Assembly (NCBI RefSeq): GCF_006345805.1
Contig: NC_043006.1
Coordinates: forward strand, 93,558,001-93,622,000
Reading direction: 5' to 3'
Origin: Octopus sinensis
Taxonomy: Eukaryota
DNA: 64,000 nt
Of this stretch, positions 62,743 to 64,000 are shown piece by piece (within the stretch, counting starts at the first letter, position 1; every line of letters starts with the position of its first letter). The position numbers were made by a program, and so were the translations under genes. The notes under the pieces were generated by a model. The model made no database searches. It was not told the DNA's origin and worked only from the letters and a program-made list of their open reading frames with translations.

Positions 62743-64000
62743 GTATGTATTTATGTGTGTACGTGCAGACTTGTATGTTTTATATTTGTATTCTCATGCA
62801 TATATTTGCATATCTAATCATGCTCATATATATTTAAATGATACACTTCTGGAAAGTTTTACAGATTTTTACAGTTCCAGTGATGGATTGGATCTGTATT
62901 TTACAAATTAACGCTTTCTCCTTTCTCGTTTCGGAAAGCCTAATTTTTCAAGATTGGCATTTAGGCAGTATGTTACATATCCCAGGGCCCCAATAATTAC
63001 AGGTATAAACCTGAACTTGTAATTTGCGCAGAGTAACTGCAGATTTCTCAATAGTTCAGCGTAGGCATTTTCTTTTTCACTGATCTTCAGCTTTATGTTA
63101 ACATCCACTGGGCAGCTAATTTCCACAACTGTACACAGTTTCTGTTCTCTATCCCAAATCACTATATCCGGTCTGTCGTGCTTTTTCATCGAGGTCTTTA
63201 CTGGTACATTCCACCAGTATTCCTTTTCTTTATGAGTGGCTATGGCTTCTACCATGTTGTGGGTTTATATTTCTTTCTCCTCGGGATTACACTTCCGACG
63301 GATTTCGTTATTGATTGTCCTAGCTACAACATTATGTCTTATCAGTTGAGGATATCGGGATGACATTTTTGGACAACTGTTTATGATGTAGGTGATATCT
63401 TCAGTGTGAACTCCGCAAAGTCTGCATCAGTTTTTACATTTTACGGCTTTTCCTGCATCTCTATCCCTTTTGAGCATCTGGTACTTCGTTGATATTTCCT
63501 GTTCCTGGATTGCAAGCGCATACCCTTCAAAGTGGGAGGTAGTAATTTGGCTATTGGTACATGATAAACTGCTTTGATAATCGATGTTGCTATCATCACG
63601 GAGCTTTCTACTAACATATCCATGCATAGTCTTCTGCTCATATACGCTCATCCTTTCATCTGATGATACGTTGCGGTAGAGTCGTGCGACTTCTTTGGGC
63701 ATGTATTTAAGGTTATCAGACAAGCAATGTTGCTCAAGGAGCTGCCTTCCAAGTCTTGTGATGTTATCATCTTCAGGTATGCAAACTTGATCAAGGGATG
63801 CACTTCGACACTTGGTGGTCAAAAATGTGGCCAAAGGGATATGATACGACATTCAAAGGAATGTTGGATCGATGTGAAGCCTCTGCCGCCTTGATTTCGT
63901 TTTAGGTAGAGGCGGTCTACGTTACTGTTTATGTGGAAATTTTGTGTGCTTGTAAGTATTTTCCGGGTTTTCACATCAATGGCTCGGATCTCGTCAAGCG
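62590..64000 (-). mobile_element. R4-like RLE element, 3' part (continues beyond the window), ending in (CATA)n
   Basis: DVKTRKILT...VDRLYLKRNQGGRG; EGYALAIQEQ; HDRPDIVIWD...VEISCP; IPVIIGALG; frameshifts and stops. Confidence 0.85.

Overview
AT-rich, microsatellite-dense eukaryotic genomic DNA. The repeat families look like octopus/cephalopod ones (recognised from memory, not searched). The only host genes I can support are two tandem minus-strand paralogs of an SLC16/MCT-like MFS transporter about 30 kb apart. Copy 1 has exons 34228-34427, 32409-32552, 29661-30764 and 26858-27018, plus a candidate ATG exon at 41610-41632. Copy 2 has exons 62082-62225, 58655-59758 and 56819-56979; its upstream exons are not in the window. 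Both have open, phase-consistent GT-AG structures. The most unusual structure is a ~13-kb array (12257-25357, ending at a 100-N gap) of 18 copies of a ~560-bp apparently non-coding unit separated by variable (ATT)n spacers, with dimeric higher-order periodicity. Older dispersed copies of this unit (50079-50398, 51724-52230) sit in (AAT)n tracts directly 3' of R4/Dong-type RLE retrotransposons and in the same orientation. This suggests a microsatellite-targeting autonomous/non-autonomous retroelement pair that seeded a satellite (inference). Also present: six R4-type elements or fragments, a 3.45-kb Tx1-clade LINE inserted into the tRNA-like head of a SINE, four mariner elements, several Penelope-like remnants with minimal hammerhead motifs, and many SINEs and simple repeats.
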